Source: Longimicrobiales bacterium | Lineage (GTDB): Bacteria; Gemmatimonadota; Gemmatimonadetes; Longimicrobiales; Gaopeijiaceae | Direction of reading: 5' to 3' | DNA length: 64,000 nucleotides | Assembly: GCA_965116905.1 (NCBI GenBank) | Contig: OZ220732.1 | Location: 2,080,001-2,144,000, forward strand | In this document: piece after piece, positions 36,831-53,846 of the stretch | Numbering within the stretch: position 1 is the first letter of the stretch | Layout of the letters: every line of letters starts with the position of its first letter | Position numbers and translations under genes: made by a program | Notes under the pieces: model-generated | The model's input: the letters and a program-made list of their open reading frames with translations, nothing else | Databases searched by the model: none | Told to the model about the DNA's origin: nothing

Positions 36831-37543
36831 TGGACCACCGGGTGATCGTCGCCCTGGACGCCTCGAGCGCGGAACACGCGCTGCACCTGGTCGATCGCAT
36901 CGGGCCGGGATGCCGCTTCTACAAGGTCGGGCTCGAACTCTACACCGCGGCCGGACCCACGGTGGTGCGCGCACTGCGCGAACGGGGCCACGAGGTCTTT
37001 CTCGATCTGAAGCTGCACGACATCCCCAACCAGGTCGCGGGGGCGACGGCCAGGGCGGCCGAGCTCGGCGTGAGGTTCCTCACCGTGCACTCGATGGGGG
37101 GGCGGGACATGCTGGCGGCCGCTGCCGCCGCTGCTGCCGCGGCCGATGCGGCGGAGGGGCCGCTCGGGCTCCTGGGGGTCACCGTGCTGACGTCGCTGGA
37201 CGCGGGGGGGCTGGGTGCCGTGCTCGGGCGCAGCGTCGAGGATGTCGGCAGGGAAGCCGATCGCCTCGCGGCCCTGGTGCGCGAGGCGGGGCTGGCCGGG
37301 GTCGTGTGCTCGGCGGCCGAGGCGGCTCGGCTCCGCGCCCGGATGGGTCCCGGCGGCGCCATCGTCACGCCCGGGATCCGGCTCGCCGGCGACGCGGTCC
37401 ATGACCAGCGGCGCGTGCGTACGGCCGGCGAGGCGTTCCGGGACGGCGCGACCCACATTGTCGTCGGCCGTCCGGTCACCGGTGCTTCCGACCCGGCGGC
37501 GGCCTTCGCGCGCATCGTCGCGGACGCCCGCGGCGGACGCTGA
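36830..37543 (+). CDS. pyrF: Orotidine-5'-phosphate decarboxylase
   Basis: IVALD, KVG, FLDLKLHDIPN, VTVLTS, TPGIR, VVGR. Confidence 0.96.
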   Translation: MDHRVIVALDASSAEHALHLVDRIGPGCRFYKVGLELYTAAGPTVVRALRERGHEVFLDLKLHDIPNQVAGATARAAELGVRFLTVHSMGGRDMLAAAAAAAAAADAAEGPLGLLGVTVLTSLDAGGLGAVLGRSVEDVGREADRLAALVREAGLAGVVCSAAEAARLRARMGPGGAIVTPGIRLAGDAVHDQRRVRTAGEAFRDGATHIVVGRPVTGASDPAAAFARIVADARGGR

Positions 37544-37571
37544 TACGCAGCACTGCGGGTGCGCCTATATT

Positions 37572-37622
37572 TCACCACCCACCAGCCATCACCGACCACC
37601 CACCCACCACACGCTGCACGCC
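37572..37622. repeat. Degenerate C/A-rich heptamer tandem repeats
   Basis: CACCACC-CACCAGC-CATCACC-GACCACC... in the cysS leader. Confidence 0.55.
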
Positions 37623-37644
37623 GAACAGAACCCCTGGACGCCGG

Positions 37645-39096
37645 ATGAAACTGTACGACTCGCTGCGCGGCGACATACATGACTTCGTTCCCCTGAACCC
37701 GGAGCGTGTCACCGTGTACGGCTGCGGACCCACGGTGTACGACTTCGCGCACATCGGCAACTTCCGCGCCTTCATGGCGTACGACCTGCTCCACCGCCAT
37801 CTCAGGTGGCGCGGCTACGAGGTGGACTTCGTCGTGAACTTCACCGACGTGGACGACAAGACGATCGCCGGCGCGCAGGCGGCGCAGCAGCCGCTGGCGG
37901 AGCACACGGCGCCCTTCGTCGAAGCGTTTCTCGAAGACGCGCGGACGCTCGGATTCCTCCCGTTCTCGCGACATCCCCGCGCGACCGGGTACATCGCCGC
38001 CATGCTGGGCTTCGTGGAGCGGCTCGTGCAGTCCGGCAACGCCTACCACGCCGCCGACGGCTCCGTATACTACGACGTGTCGTCTTTCGGCGGATACGGG
38101 TGTCTCTCGGGGAAGGGAACGGCCGCGGACGGCACGCGCTCGCGCATCGCCGCGGACGAGTACGAAAAGGGCGACGCGCGCGACTTTGCGCTGTGGAAGG
38201 CCGTGCAGCCCGGCGACCGGGAAGTGGGGGCGGTCTGGGATTCGCCCTGGGGTCCGGGCAGGCCGGGGTGGCACCTGGAGTGCTCGGTCATGGCCCAGGC
38301 CCTGCTCGGGGATACGTTGGACATCCACCTTGGAGGCGAGGATCTCCTCTTTCCGCATCACGAGAACGAGATCGCGCAATCCGAGGTGGCGACCGGCCGG
38401 CCGCTCGCCCGCTTCTGGATGCACGTGAAGCACCTGAAGGTCGAAGACCGCAAGATGTCCAAGTCCCTCGGGAACTTCCACACCGTGCGGGAACTCCTCG
38501 ACGAGGGCTACGATCCGGCCGCGATCCGCTGGGTACTGCTGTCGTCCCACTACCGCAGCGAACTGAACTTCACGAGGGACGGTCTGGAGGACGCCACGCA
38601 CTCGGTGCAGCGCCTGCTGGATCTGCGGCATCGGGTTCGGGAGGCGCCTTCGGTGTCCGGGCCGGGGGGGACACTGGCCGCGGCCTCGCGCGAACATCTC
38701 GCGGCGTTCGGCCGGGCCCTGGACCACGATCTGAACGCGCCCCGCGCCATGGCCGCGCTGTGGGCGCTGGCAAGGGACGTCAACACGAACCTGGACGCTG
38801 CCGGTGGCGGGATCGCGAGCCAGGATCGCGCCGAGGTGCTCGCCGTGCTCGGCGAGATGGATGCCGTGCTGGGTGTTGTGGATCTGGCCGCCGGAAGCCG
38901 CGAGGTCGGCGACGAATTCGAAGTGTGGGTCCGGCGGACGGTGGAGGCCCGGGACCGGGCCCGCGCGCACCGCGACTTCGAGACCGCCGACCGTCTCCGC
39001 GACGAGCTCGCGGCCGAGGGGGTGCAACTCGAGGACGGGCCGGAGGGCACAAGGTGGAAGCGGGTGCACGTCGGGGCCTCCGCGAAGGGTGGCTGA
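37645..39096 (+). CDS. cysS: Cysteine--tRNA ligase
   Basis: CGPTVY, HIGN, DFALWK, GRPGWHLECS, FPHHENE, KMSKS. Confidence 0.97.
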   Translation: MKLYDSLRGDIHDFVPLNPERVTVYGCGPTVYDFAHIGNFRAFMAYDLLHRHLRWRGYEVDFVVNFTDVDDKTIAGAQAAQQPLAEHTAPFVEAFLEDARTLGFLPFSRHPRATGYIAAMLGFVERLVQSGNAYHAADGSVYYDVSSFGGYGCLSGKGTAADGTRSRIAADEYEKGDARDFALWKAVQPGDREVGAVWDSPWGPGRPGWHLECSVMAQALLGDTLDIHLGGEDLLFPHHENEIAQSEVATGRPLARFWMHVKHLKVEDRKMSKSLGNFHTVRELLDEGYDPAAIRWVLLSSHYRSELNFTRDGLEDATHSVQRLLDLRHRVREAPSVSGPGGTLAAASREHLAAFGRALDHDLNAPRAMAALWALARDVNTNLDAAGGGIASQDRAEVLAVLGEMDAVLGVVDLAAGSREVGDEFEVWVRRTVEARDRARAHRDFETADRLRDELAAEGVQLEDGPEGTRWKRVHVGASAKGG

Positions 39097-39172
39097 ACCC
39101 GGGCGGGGGGGAACACTTCCCTCGCAAGGGCATCTGGCCCAGGTTTGGGATCGGACCCGAGCTTCCGAGAGC

Positions 39173-39245
39173 GCTGACGTAGCTCAGTTGGTAGAGCAGC
39201 TGATTTGTAATCAGCAGGTCCGGGGTTCGAGTCCCCGCGTCAGCT
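39173..39245 (+). tRNA. tRNA-Thr(TGT)
   Basis: Acceptor stem GCTGACG/CGTCAGC, anticodon arm GCTGA-TTTGTAA-TCAGC, TTCGA loop; CCA not encoded. Confidence 0.96.
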
Positions 39246-39261
39246 TGGACAGGACCGGCGG

Positions 39262-39290
39262 TTGATACCCACCGGCCAAGTCGTTATCTT
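39262..39290 (+). promoter_or_regulatory. Sigma70-type promoter for the tRNA-Tyr/Gly/Thr-tuf unit
   Basis: TTGATA-N17-TATCTT. Confidence 0.7.
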
Positions 39291-39364
39291 TCTTTGCTCG
39301 TTTCCATCCGAGCCCGGGGACGCCGACAGCCAGCTTGGCGGGCAGGGGTGGAAACGTGTTTTTT

Positions 39365-39447
39365 GGTGGGGTACCGAAGCGGCCAAACGGGGCAGACTGT
39401 AAATCTGCTGGCAGACGCCTACGTAGGTTCGAATCCTACCCCCACCA
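39365..39447 (+). tRNA. tRNA-Tyr(GTA)
   Basis: GGTGGGG/CCCCACC, GCAGA-CTGTAAA-TCTGC, long variable arm. Confidence 0.96.
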
Positions 39448-39490
39448 TGGAGGCGTTCCGGTGCAGGGCACGGGGGTCCCTCCGATGGCT

Positions 39491-39564
39491 GCGGGAGTAG
39501 CTCAGTTGGCTAGAGCATCAGCCTTCCAAGCTGAGGGTCGCCGGTTCGAATCCGGTCTCCCGCT
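39491..39564 (+). tRNA. tRNA-Gly(TCC)
   Basis: GCGGGAG/CTCCCGC, TCAGC-CTTCCAA-GCTGA. Confidence 0.96.
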
Positions 39565-39611
39565 CTCGGTTCGACCCGGGTTGTTCCGGGGCGGCCGGTG
39601 CGACACGAGGT

Positions 39612-39683
39612 GCTCTGGTAGCTCAGTGGTAGAGCGCTTCCTTGGTAAGGAAGAGGTCGCGGGTTCAATCCCCGCCCAGAGCT
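39612..39683 (+). tRNA. tRNA-Thr(GGT)
   Basis: GCTCTGG/CCAGAGC, CTTCC-TTGGTAA-GGAAG. Confidence 0.96.
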
Positions 39684-39723
39684 TGGCGGGCGAGGGGGCG
39701 AACCCGGACCGCTGAAGGTGACG

Positions 39724-39753
39724 ACAACGGCAGGAGCCACAACGGCAGAAGCC
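39724..39753. repeat. 15-nt tandem duplication in the tuf leader
   Basis: ACAACGGCAGGAGCC / ACAACGGCAGAAGCC. Confidence 0.8.
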
Positions 39754-39808
39754 ACGCCGGGCAATCAGGGGTGCCCGCGTCAAGAACCTCAATCTCAACG
39801 GGGGTAGA

Positions 39809-40999
<1,191 letters not shown>

Positions 41000-41005
41000 G
41001 CGATC

Positions 41006-41212
41006 ATGTCGAGCATCACGAACGCCAGGCACTTCGTGCAGGAGTGCATCGACGAGATGGCGAAGGTCACGTGGCCCGACCGCGAGCAACTCCGCAACGC
41101 CACCTGGGTGGTCATCCTGTTCACAATCCTGATCTCGCTGGTCATCTGGATCATGGACACCATCTCCAGGCTGGTCATAGTCGACTTCATCATGGGGGTC
41201 TTCCGGTCTTGA
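41006..41212 (+). CDS. secE: Preprotein translocase subunit SecE
   Basis: EMAKVTWP motif plus a single TM helix; lies upstream of nusG. Confidence 0.93.
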   Translation: MSSITNARHFVQECIDEMAKVTWPDREQLRNATWVVILFTILISLVIWIMDTISRLVIVDFIMGVFRS

Positions 41213-41745
41213 GTGACGACGAGCGCTGGTACGCTGTCCAGACGCAGGCGCGGCACGAGAACCGGGTCTGTCGCATGATCCAGCAGGAGATCGACAAGGA
41301 CACCGATCCCGAACGGGGGATCCGGGAGGTCCTGGTGCCGACCCACGAGGTCGTCGAGATCCGGCGGGGCAAGCGCGTGCCCGTGGTCAAGCCGCTCTAT
41401 CCGGGCTACGTCCTGGTGCGGATGATCCTGAACCAGCAGACCGAGCACGCGATCAGCGCAATGAAGGGCGTGCGGTTCGTGGGGCAGGGCGGTGGCCCTC
41501 AGCCGCTCCGCGAAGAGGATATCAACCGGATCATGGGGGTCGAGGTCGAGGAGGAAGAGGACGGGCGGGAAGAGATCCCCTTCCGGGCCGGCCAGGTCGT
41601 GGAGGTGATTCAGGGGCCCTTCACCGACTTCTCCGGAACGGTGCAGGAGGTGTACCCCGAAAAGGGCAAGGTCAAGGTCGAGGTTTCGCTCTTTGGCCGC
41701 CCGACATCGGTCGAATTGGACTTCACCCAGTTACGCGGCTTCTAG
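41209..41745 (+). CDS. nusG: Transcription factor NusG
   Basis: [36 protein letters not shown] start overlapping the secE stop. Confidence 0.95.
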   Translation: MSDDERWYAVQTQARHENRVCRMIQQEIDKDTDPERGIREVLVPTHEVVEIRRGKRVPVVKPLYPGYVLVRMILNQQTEHAISAMKGVRFVGQGGGPQPLREEDINRIMGVEVEEEEDGREEIPFRAGQVVEVIQGPFTDFSGTVQEVYPEKGKVKVEVSLFGRPTSVELDFTQLRGF

Positions 41746-41767
41746 AGGTCCGCGGGAGTCTGCAAAG

Positions 41768-42205
41768 ATGGCAAAGAGAGTTCTCGGCTTCATCAAGCTG
41801 CAGATCAGCGGGGGGCAGGCGAATCCGGCACCGCCGGTCGGCCCCGCGCTCGGGCAGCATGGCGTGAACATCATGGATTTCTGCAAGCAGTTCAACGCCA
41901 GGACGAAACAGCAGGCGGGGACCCTGATCCCCGTCGAGATCACGGTCTACGTCGACCGCTCGTTCTCGTTTGTCACCAGGACGCCGCCGGCCTCGTTCCT
42001 GATCAAGCGCGCCGCCGGACTTGAGAAGGCGTCGCCGGAGCCGCACGTGGAGAAGGTCGCGTCGCTGTCCGTGTCGCAGGTCAGGGAGATCGCGGAAGCG
42101 AAGATGGAGGACCTGAACACCGATGACCTCGTCTCGGCCATGAGAATGATCAAGGGCACCGCACGCTCGATGGGCATCGAGGTGGACGGTGAGCTTACCG
42201 CCTGA
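41768..42205 (+). CDS. rplK: 50S ribosomal protein L11
   Basis: [27 protein letters not shown]. Confidence 0.98.
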   Translation: MAKRVLGFIKLQISGGQANPAPPVGPALGQHGVNIMDFCKQFNARTKQQAGTLIPVEITVYVDRSFSFVTRTPPASFLIKRAAGLEKASPEPHVEKVASLSVSQVREIAEAKMEDLNTDDLVSAMRMIKGTARSMGIEVDGELTA

Positions 42206-42216
42206 CGGAGGAACGC

Positions 42217-42915
42217 GTGCCAAAGCGCAGCAAGAAATACGCCGGAGCCCGACAGTCGTTTGACCGGCTGATCCGGCACGCGCCCGATGAGGCGCTGGGC
42301 AGGGTCAAGGAAATCGCCTTTGCCGGCTTCGACGAGAGCGTCGATGTCGCGACCCACCTCGGGGTCGACCCCCGGAAGGCCGACCAGGTCGTGCGTGGCA
42401 CCGTGGTGCTGCCGCACGGGACGGGCAGGGCCGCGCGGGTGCTCGCGATCTGTCAGGGTGACAAGGAGGACGAGGCGAGGGAAGCCGGTGCCGACTTCAT
42501 CGGGGTCGACTACGTGGAGAAGATCAAGGAGGGGTGGCTCGACTTCGATGTCTGCGTCGCCACTCCCGACCTGATGCGCATGGTCGGGCCCCTCGGCCGC
42601 ATTCTCGGGCCCCGCGGGCTGATGCCGACCCCCAAGGCCGGCACGGTGACCCCGGACGTCGGCCGTGCGGTCCGCGAGATCAAGGCCGGCAAGATCGAGT
42701 ATCGCGTGGACAAGACGGGCAACCTGCACGCACCCATTGGGCGGGTGTCGTTCGACGTGGCGCTGCTCTCCGAGAATCTGAGGGCCTTCATGGCCTCGGT
42801 GCTTCGGGCGAAGCCGGCGGCCTCGAAGGGCACATACGTCAAGAGCGTGACGGTGTCGAGCACCATGGGCCCGGGCGTCCCTGTGGATCCCAACAGCTTT
42901 ACGCGGAGCGCCTGA
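42217..42915 (+). CDS. rplA: 50S ribosomal protein L1
   Basis: [30 protein letters not shown]. Confidence 0.98.
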   Translation: MPKRSKKYAGARQSFDRLIRHAPDEALGRVKEIAFAGFDESVDVATHLGVDPRKADQVVRGTVVLPHGTGRAARVLAICQGDKEDEAREAGADFIGVDYVEKIKEGWLDFDVCVATPDLMRMVGPLGRILGPRGLMPTPKAGTVTPDVGRAVREIKAGKIEYRVDKTGNLHAPIGRVSFDVALLSENLRAFMASVLRAKPAASKGTYVKSVTVSSTMGPGVPVDPNSFTRSA

Positions 42916-42919
42916 AGCA

Positions 42920-43453
42920 ATGACCAGAGAACAGAAGGAGAGCTTCGTCGCGGAGTTCCGTGAGCGTCTCGATCGTGCCGAGGCGATCTTCCTCACGGAC
43001 TTCACGGGGCTCGACGTCAAGGCGATGACCAGCCTGCGCAGCAAGCTGAAGAAGTCGGGCGGCGAATACCTGGTGGTCAAGAACCGGCTCGTGCAGCGTG
43101 CGCTGGCCGACACGGAGATCCCGGACATTTCCGGATTTCTCACCGGACCCACCGGTGTCGTCTTCGGGGACGGCGATGTCGCCGATGCCGCGAGAACCGT
43201 CACGGACTTTGCAAAGGACAACGGAGACCGGCCCGTCTTCAAGGTCGGCGTCCTGGAAACCGATATTCTCGACCCGGCGCAGATCCACCGCGTCGCCGAT
43301 CTCCCTCCCCGGGAGGTACTCCTGTCCCAGGTCGCGGGTGCGCTGGAAGGGCCGATGTCGACCCTGGTGGGCGCGCTGGGCGGCAAGCTCCAGGAAATGG
43401 CGGGACTGGTCGATGCGCTGCGCGAGCAGCTGGAGTCGAACTCGAACGGCTGA
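42920..43453 (+). CDS. rplJ: 50S ribosomal protein L10
   Basis: DFTGL.V, LR, VVKNRL, TGPT, LPPRE; position in the cluster. Confidence 0.96.
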   Translation: MTREQKESFVAEFRERLDRAEAIFLTDFTGLDVKAMTSLRSKLKKSGGEYLVVKNRLVQRALADTEIPDISGFLTGPTGVVFGDGDVADAARTVTDFAKDNGDRPVFKVGVLETDILDPAQIHRVADLPPREVLLSQVAGALEGPMSTLVGALGGKLQEMAGLVDALREQLESNSNG

Positions 43454-43500
43454 CCACTATGCCCGGGTGGCCGGGTGAATCCAATGAGGAGATGAAACAA

Positions 43501-43881
43501 ATGGCTGTGAACCAACAGGAACTTCTCGAGACCTTCGGCAACATGACCGTCATCGAACTCTCGGAGTTCGTCGACGCCTTCAAGGATCGGTTCAACGTGA
43601 CCGCCGCGGCCGCTCCCGTCATGGCGGGACCGGTTGAAGCGGCGGACGGCCAGGGCGAGGCTGCGGAGCAGGACGAATTCGAAGTCGTGCTTGAGTCGTT
43701 CGGCGCCAAGAAGATCCAGGTCATCAAGGTGATTCGGCAGATCACCAGCCTGGGACTGAAGGAAGCCAAGGAGCTGGTCGACAAGGCACCCAGCACGGTC
43801 AGGGAGGCGGTCAGCAAGGACGACGCCGCGGACATCAAGGAAAAGCTCGAGGCGGCTGGCGCCAGCGTTGTAGTCAAGTAG
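43501..43881 (+). CDS. rplL: 50S ribosomal protein L7/L12
   Basis: KIQVIKVIR, LGLKEAKELV, LEAAGA. Confidence 0.97.
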   Translation: MAVNQQELLETFGNMTVIELSEFVDAFKDRFNVTAAAAPVMAGPVEAADGQGEAAEQDEFEVVLESFGAKKIQVIKVIRQITSLGLKEAKELVDKAPSTVREAVSKDDAADIKEKLEAAGASVVVK

Positions 43882-43908
43882 GTGCGCCCCGGCCGAGGCG
43901 CATTCATT
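43882..43908 (+). terminator. Possible attenuator/terminator hairpin after rplL
   Basis: GTGCGCC-ccggccga-GGCGCAT followed by TCATT (weak U-tract). Confidence 0.4.
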
Positions 43909-43962
43909 GGCGCGAGCCAACCGGAGCCGGCGGGACGGTCGTCCAATCGTACGGCTTGCGGG

Positions 43963-44011
43963 TGGCTTGCGTCCGCCGGTTGGCCCGCGTCCGCCGGTTG
44001 GCCCGCTTCCG
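43963..44011. repeat. 18-nt tandem repeats (about 2.7 copies) in the rplL-rpoB spacer
   Basis: TGGCTTGCGTCCGCCGGT / TGGCCCGCGTCCGCCGGT / TGGCCCGCTTCCG. Confidence 0.8.
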
Positions 44012-44075
44012 TTCACCGCACCCCGGTGCGCAGCATTCGCCGTGACGTCCGCAACCAAGACAGGGGAGTCTTCTG

Positions 44076-48299
<4,224 letters not shown>

Positions 48300-48380
48300 C
48301 AAGGGTATCGGTGCGCGGTCCCCGGATTGCCGGCATGGCGGTTGCGGGGCTTTGGCAAGATGCGTCCAGGCAGTTTGGCC

Positions 48381-48406
48381 GACACCCCGCTTCAGGGCGG
48401 GGTGTT
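48381..48406. other. GC-rich hairpin between rpoB and rpoC
   Basis: GACACCCCGC-ttcagg-GCGGGGTGTT. Confidence 0.7.
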
Positions 48407-48426
48407 CAAGAAACGGTGGTCAGAAC

Positions 48427-51400
48427 ATGATCGACTTCCCCCGCGCGAGAGAGTCCCGCTCCACGGACTTCGACTACATCCGCATCCGTATCGCGTCTCC
48501 CGAGGACATCCGCGAGTGGTCGCACGGCGAGGTGACGAAGCCCGAGACCATTAACTACCGGTCGTTCAAGCCGGAGCCGATGGGGTTGTTCTGCCAGCGG
48601 ACATTCGGCCCCGTGAAGGATTGGGAGTGCGCCTGCGGCAAGTACAAGCGCATTCGCTTCCGCGGGATCGTCTGCGACCGCTGTGGCGTCGAGGTGACGC
48701 TCTCCAAGGTGCGGCGGGAGAGGATGGGGCATATCGAACTCGCCGTGCCGGTGTGCCACATCTGGTTCTTCAAGACCTTGCCCAGCCAGCTCGGATACCT
48801 GCTGGGCATGACGCTCAAGGACCTGGAAAAGGTCATCTACTATGCGGCCTACGTGGTCACCAACCCGGGTGACCAGGATGTGGAGTTCCTCGACCTTCTC
48901 GATGAGGACGAGTACTACGACCTCCGCGTGAAGGCCCGTGAGGAGGGCGACAGGGACTTCAAGGCCGAGATCGGCGCGGAAGCCGCAAGGACGCTGCTGA
49001 AGCGGCTCGATTCGCCTGAAGTCGAGGTCGCGGACCAGAACAGGGACGGCCGGGGACTCGACCGCCTTGCCGAGTGGCTGCGCGAGGAGATCGGCTCCGA
49101 GACCTCGCAGCATCGGAAGAAGAAGAAGCTCCGCCGCCTCAAGGTCGTAGACGCCCTGCGCAACTCCGGAGACACGCCGGACAAGCGAAACAGGCCCGAG
49201 TGGATGGTGCTGGACGCGATTCCCGTGATCCCGCCCGATCTCCGGCCGCTCGTCCCGCTGGACGGCGGGCGCTTTGCCACCTCCGATCTCAACGACCTGT
49301 ACCGGCGGGTCATCAACCGGAACAACCGTCTCAAGAAGCTCATCGAGATGCGGGCACCCGAGGTCATCCTCAGAAACGAGAAGAGGATGCTGCAGGAGTC
49401 GGTGGACGCGCTGTTCGACAATGGACGGCGGTCGAAGGCGATTCGGGGGCGCGGGAAGCGGCCGCTGAAGTCGCTGTCCGACATGCTGAAGGGGAAGCAG
49501 GGCCGCTTCCGGCAGAACCTCCTCGGCAAGCGCGTGGACTATTCCGGCCGGTCGGTGATCGTTGTCGGGCCGGAGCTCAAACTGCACCAGTGCGGATTGC
49601 CCAAGGCGATGGCGGTCGAGCTCTTCAAGCCCTTCATCATTCACGAACTCGAACGCCGCGGCGAGGCCGAAACCGTCAAGCGGGCCAAGAAGATCGTGGA
49701 GCAGGACGATCCCAAGGTCTACGAAGTGCTGGAGGACATCATCCGTGACCACCCGGTGCTGCTCAACCGGGCCCCGACGCTGCACCGGATCGGGATTCAG
49801 GCCTTCGAGCCGGTGCTGGTGGAGGGGAAGGCCATCCGGATTCACCCGCTGGTGTGCGCGGCATTCAACGCCGACTTCGACGGTGACCAGATGGCGGTCC
49901 ACGTACCGCTCTCGTACGAGGCGCAGCTGGAGGCGCGCGTGCTCATGCTCGCGAGCAACAACGTGCTGCTCCCTTCGAACGGCCGGCCGGTGGCGGCCCC
50001 CACCCAGGACATGGTCATCGGTTCGTACTACCTCACGAAGCCTCCGATCGAGGTGGCGGACCTGGAGCCGGTCGTGAACGACGGCTCGCTCCCCGAGGCT
50101 GTCCGGGCAGAGGCCGAAGCGAAGCTGGCGGAGCTGTACAGGGACGCGCCCCACTACTCGGCCTATGGCGAGGTCGAGATGGCCCAGAGTCTTGGTCATG
50201 TGAAGTTCTCGACACCATGCCACTACTGGGTCGACGCTCAGGGCGACCCCGACGATCCCGACAGCATCACCGAGGCGGGCTGGGCGCGCACGACCGTGGG
50301 TCGTGTCCTCTTCAACTCGATCATCCCGGACTCGCTGGGCTTCCTGAATCACACGTTCGGCAAGAAGCAGCTCGGCGACCTGGTCTTCGAGTGCTTCACA
50401 CGGGCGGGCCTGGCGGCAACGACCCGGTTCCTCGATCACCTGAAGGACTTCGGGTTCCGCTACGCCACCATGGGCGGCGTATCCGTCGGGGTCGACGACC
50501 TCGAGGTGCCGCCGGAGAAGGCCGAGTTGCTGACCGACGCCGCGCAGGAGGTCACGCGCTTTCAGACGGCGTATGACTCGGGGTACATCTCGAACGGCGA
50601 GCGCTACAACAAGATCATCGATACGTGGACCCACGCGAACAACGACGTGGCCGACGCCATGGTAAGCCACCTGAAGCAGTCGCGCGGCGGCTTCAACCCG
50701 GTCTACATGATGATGACCTCGGGCGCGCGGGGGAACCGCGACCAGATGCGTCAGCTGGCGGGGATGCGGGGCCTGATGGCCAAGCCCCAGAAGAAGCTCA
50801 CAGGCGGGATCGGTGAGATCATCGAGAGCCCCATCCGGTCAAACTTCCGCGAGGGACTCACGGTGGTCGAGTACTTCATCTCGACGCACGGAGCACGCAA
50901 GGGCCTCGCCGACACCGCGCTCAAGACGGCGGACGCGGGATATCTGACGCGAAGGCTCGTCGACGTGGCCCAGGACGTCACGATCACCAGCGACGACTGC
51001 GGCACCATCCTCGGCCTGGAGATGAGCGCGCTCAAGGAGGGCGAGGACATCGTCGAGCCGCTGGCGGACAGGATTGCGGGGAATGTGGCGCTCGAGAGCG
51101 TCTACGATCCGATCGACGGCGAACTCATTCTGACCGGCAACGAGATGATCGACGAGCGCGCGGCCGAGGCCATCGAGGCGGCGGGGATCCAGTCCGTCAA
51201 GATCCGCTCGGTGCTGACCTGCGAGAACAAGCGGGGCATCTGCCGGATGTGCTACGGCCGCAACCTGGCGACAATGGGACCCGTCGACCTGGGGGAGGCC
51301 GTCGGCATCCTGGCGGCGCAGTCCATCGGCGAGCCGGGCACCCAGCTGACGCTGCGAACCTTCCACATCGGGGGCACCGCGGCCCGTATCGCGGCGCAGA

Positions 51401-52743
51401 ACCAGCGCCGGTCGAAGATCTCCGGGATCGTCGGCCTCGAGCGCGTGTCCACCGTCGAAGACCGCCAGGAGAATCGTGTCGTCACCACGCGCGAGGGCAA
51501 GATCGTAATCCAGACGCGTGAGGGCCAGGTGCGCAGCCGGCTCTCCGTGCCCTACGGCGCGACGATCCACATCGAAGAGGGAGAGGTGATCAAGGCCGGC
51601 GACCTGCTCTTCAGCTGGGATCCCTATTCGGAGCCTGTCGTCTCCGATTCGGAGGGGCACCTCCGGTTCGTGGACATCGTCGAGGAACAGACGGTTCGGG
51701 AGGAACTCGACGAATCCACCGGACGGCGGCAGCGGATGATCATCGAGGATCGGGACAAGAAGCTGCATCCGACGATCCAGATCCGCAGCGGCGAGTCCCC
51801 GACGAGCGAGCTTCTCAAGGAGTTCATCATTCCGGTGGGCGCGCAGCTGATGTGCGCCCACGGGGACCGCATCCACCCCGGCGATCCGATCGCGAAGATC
51901 GGCCGGGAGGTCTACAAGACCCGTGATATCACCGGTGGGCTGCCGAGGGTGGCCGAGCTGTTCGAGGCGCGCAAGCCCAAGGATCCGGCCGTCGTCACGG
52001 AGATCGACGGCGTGGTCTCGTTCGGCGATATCAAGCGCGGGAAGCGCGAGGTCTTCGTGACTCCGAAACAGGGACAGCGACAGCGCTACGACGTTCCCGT
52101 CGGCAAGCACATGCGGGTCCACCAGGGTGACCAGGTGCGCGCGGGCGACCGGCTCTCCGAGGGACCCATCAACCCGCACGACATCCTGCAGATCAAGGGG
52201 TCCAGGGCCGTTCAGGAGTACCTGCTCAACGAGATCCAGGAGGTGTACCGCCTGCAGGGGGTGAAGATCAACGACAAGCACATCGGCGTAATCGTGCGGC
52301 AGATGCTGCAGAAGGTGCGGGTTGTCGATCCGGGCGAAACCCATCTGCTCGAGGGAGAACACATCGACCGGGTCGAGTTCCGGGACGTCAACCAGGCCGC
52401 CGCGACCCAGGGCCGACGGCCGGCGCGGGCCGAGCCGCTGCTCCTCGGGATCACCAAGGCAAGCCTCACGACCGAGTCCTTCATCTCGGCCGCCTCCTTC
52501 CAGGAAACCACGCGGGTCCTGACCGACGCTGCCGTCAGGGGTGCGAAGGACGACCTGGAGGGGCTCAAGGAGAACATCATCATCGGTCACCTCATACCGG
52601 CCGGCACGGGGGTGCACAGGTGGCACGATGTCGAGTTCCAGGTCGAGAAGGACTTCTACGACGAGGAGATTCTGCCGCTGACCGCCCCTGACGAGCTCCT
52701 GCCGGGACTCGGCGAAGCTGTAGAGGAGATCGCGGCGGAGTAG
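48427..52743 (+). CDS. rpoC: RNA polymerase beta' subunit
   Basis: Zn finger CACGK..CDRC, NADFDGD, trigger loop RTFHIGG with SI3-type insert, ASFQET. Confidence 0.99.
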   Translation: MIDFPRARESRSTDFDYIRIRIASPEDIREWSHGEVTKPETINYRSFKPEPMGLFCQRTFGPVKDWECACGKYKRIRFRGIVCDRCGVEVTLSKVRRERMGHIELAVPVCHIWFFKTLPSQLGYLLGMTLKDLEKVIYYAAYVVTNPGDQDVEFLDLLDEDEYYDLRVKAREEGDRDFKAEIGAEAARTLLKRLDSPEVEVADQNRDGRGLDRLAEWLREEIGSETSQHRKKKKLRRLKVVDALRNSGDTPDKRNRPEWMVLDAIPVIPPDLRPLVPLDGGRFATSDLNDLYRRVINRNNRLKKLIEMRAPEVILRNEKRMLQESVDALFDNGRRSKAIRGRGKRPLKSLSDMLKGKQGRFRQNLLGKRVDYSGRSVIVVGPELKLHQCGLPKAMAVELFKPFIIHELERRGEAETVKRAKKIVEQDDPKVYEVLEDIIRDHPVLLNRAPTLHRIGIQAFEPVLVEGKAIRIHPLVCAAFNADFDGDQMAVHVPLSYEAQLEARVLMLASNNVLLPSNGRPVAAPTQDMVIGSYYLTKPPIEVADLEPVVNDGSLPEAVRAEAEAKLAELYRDAPHYSAYGEVEMAQSLGHVKFSTPCHYWVDAQGDPDDPDSITEAGWARTTVGRVLFNSIIPDSLGFLNHTFGKKQLGDLVFECFTRAGLAATTRFLDHLKDFGFRYATMGGVSVGVDDLEVPPEKAELLTDAAQEVTRFQTAYDSGYISNGERYNKIIDTWTHANNDVADAMVSHLKQSRGGFNPVYMMMTSGARGNRDQMRQLAGMRGLMAKPQKKLTGGIGEIIESPIRSNFREGLTVVEYFISTHGARKGLADTALKTADAGYLTRRLVDVAQDVTITSDDCGTILGLEMSALKEGEDIVEPLADRIAGNVALESVYDPIDGELILTGNEMIDERAAEAIEAAGIQSVKIRSVLTCENKRGICRMCYGRNLATMGPVDLGEAVGILAAQSIGEPGTQLTLRTFHIGGTAARIAAQNQRRSKISGIVGLERVSTVEDRQENRVVTTREGKIVIQTREGQVRSRLSVPYGATIHIEEGEVIKAGDLLFSWDPYSEPVVSDSEGHLRFVDIVEEQTVREELDESTGRRQRMIIEDRDKKLHPTIQIRSGESPTSELLKEFIIPVGAQLMCAHGDRIHPGDPIAKIGREVYKTRDITGGLPRVAELFEARKPKDPAVVTEIDGVVSFGDIKRGKREVFVTPKQGQRQRYDVPVGKHMRVHQGDQVRAGDRLSEGPINPHDILQIKGSRAVQEYLLNEIQEVYRLQGVKINDKHIGVIVRQMLQKVRVVDPGETHLLEGEHIDRVEFRDVNQAAATQGRRPARAEPLLLGITKASLTTESFISAASFQETTRVLTDAAVRGAKDDLEGLKENIIIGHLIPAGTGVHRWHDVEFQVEKDFYDEEILPLTAPDELLPGLGEAVEEIAAE

Positions 52744-52753
52744 GGGAAACCGA

Positions 52754-53839
<1,086 letters not shown>

Positions 53840-53846
53840 CCGGCTC

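Noticed and set aside
37544..37644. T-box leader for cysS
   Set aside because: Too short and lacks the T-box consensus
39332..39691. att-like duplication AGCTTGGCGGGC near tRNA-Thr 3' ends
   Set aside because: Only 12 nt, with no integrase or cargo between the copies
51376..51920. RpoC trigger-loop insertion as a novelty
   Set aside because: Corresponds to the known SI3/beta'-i6 type insert
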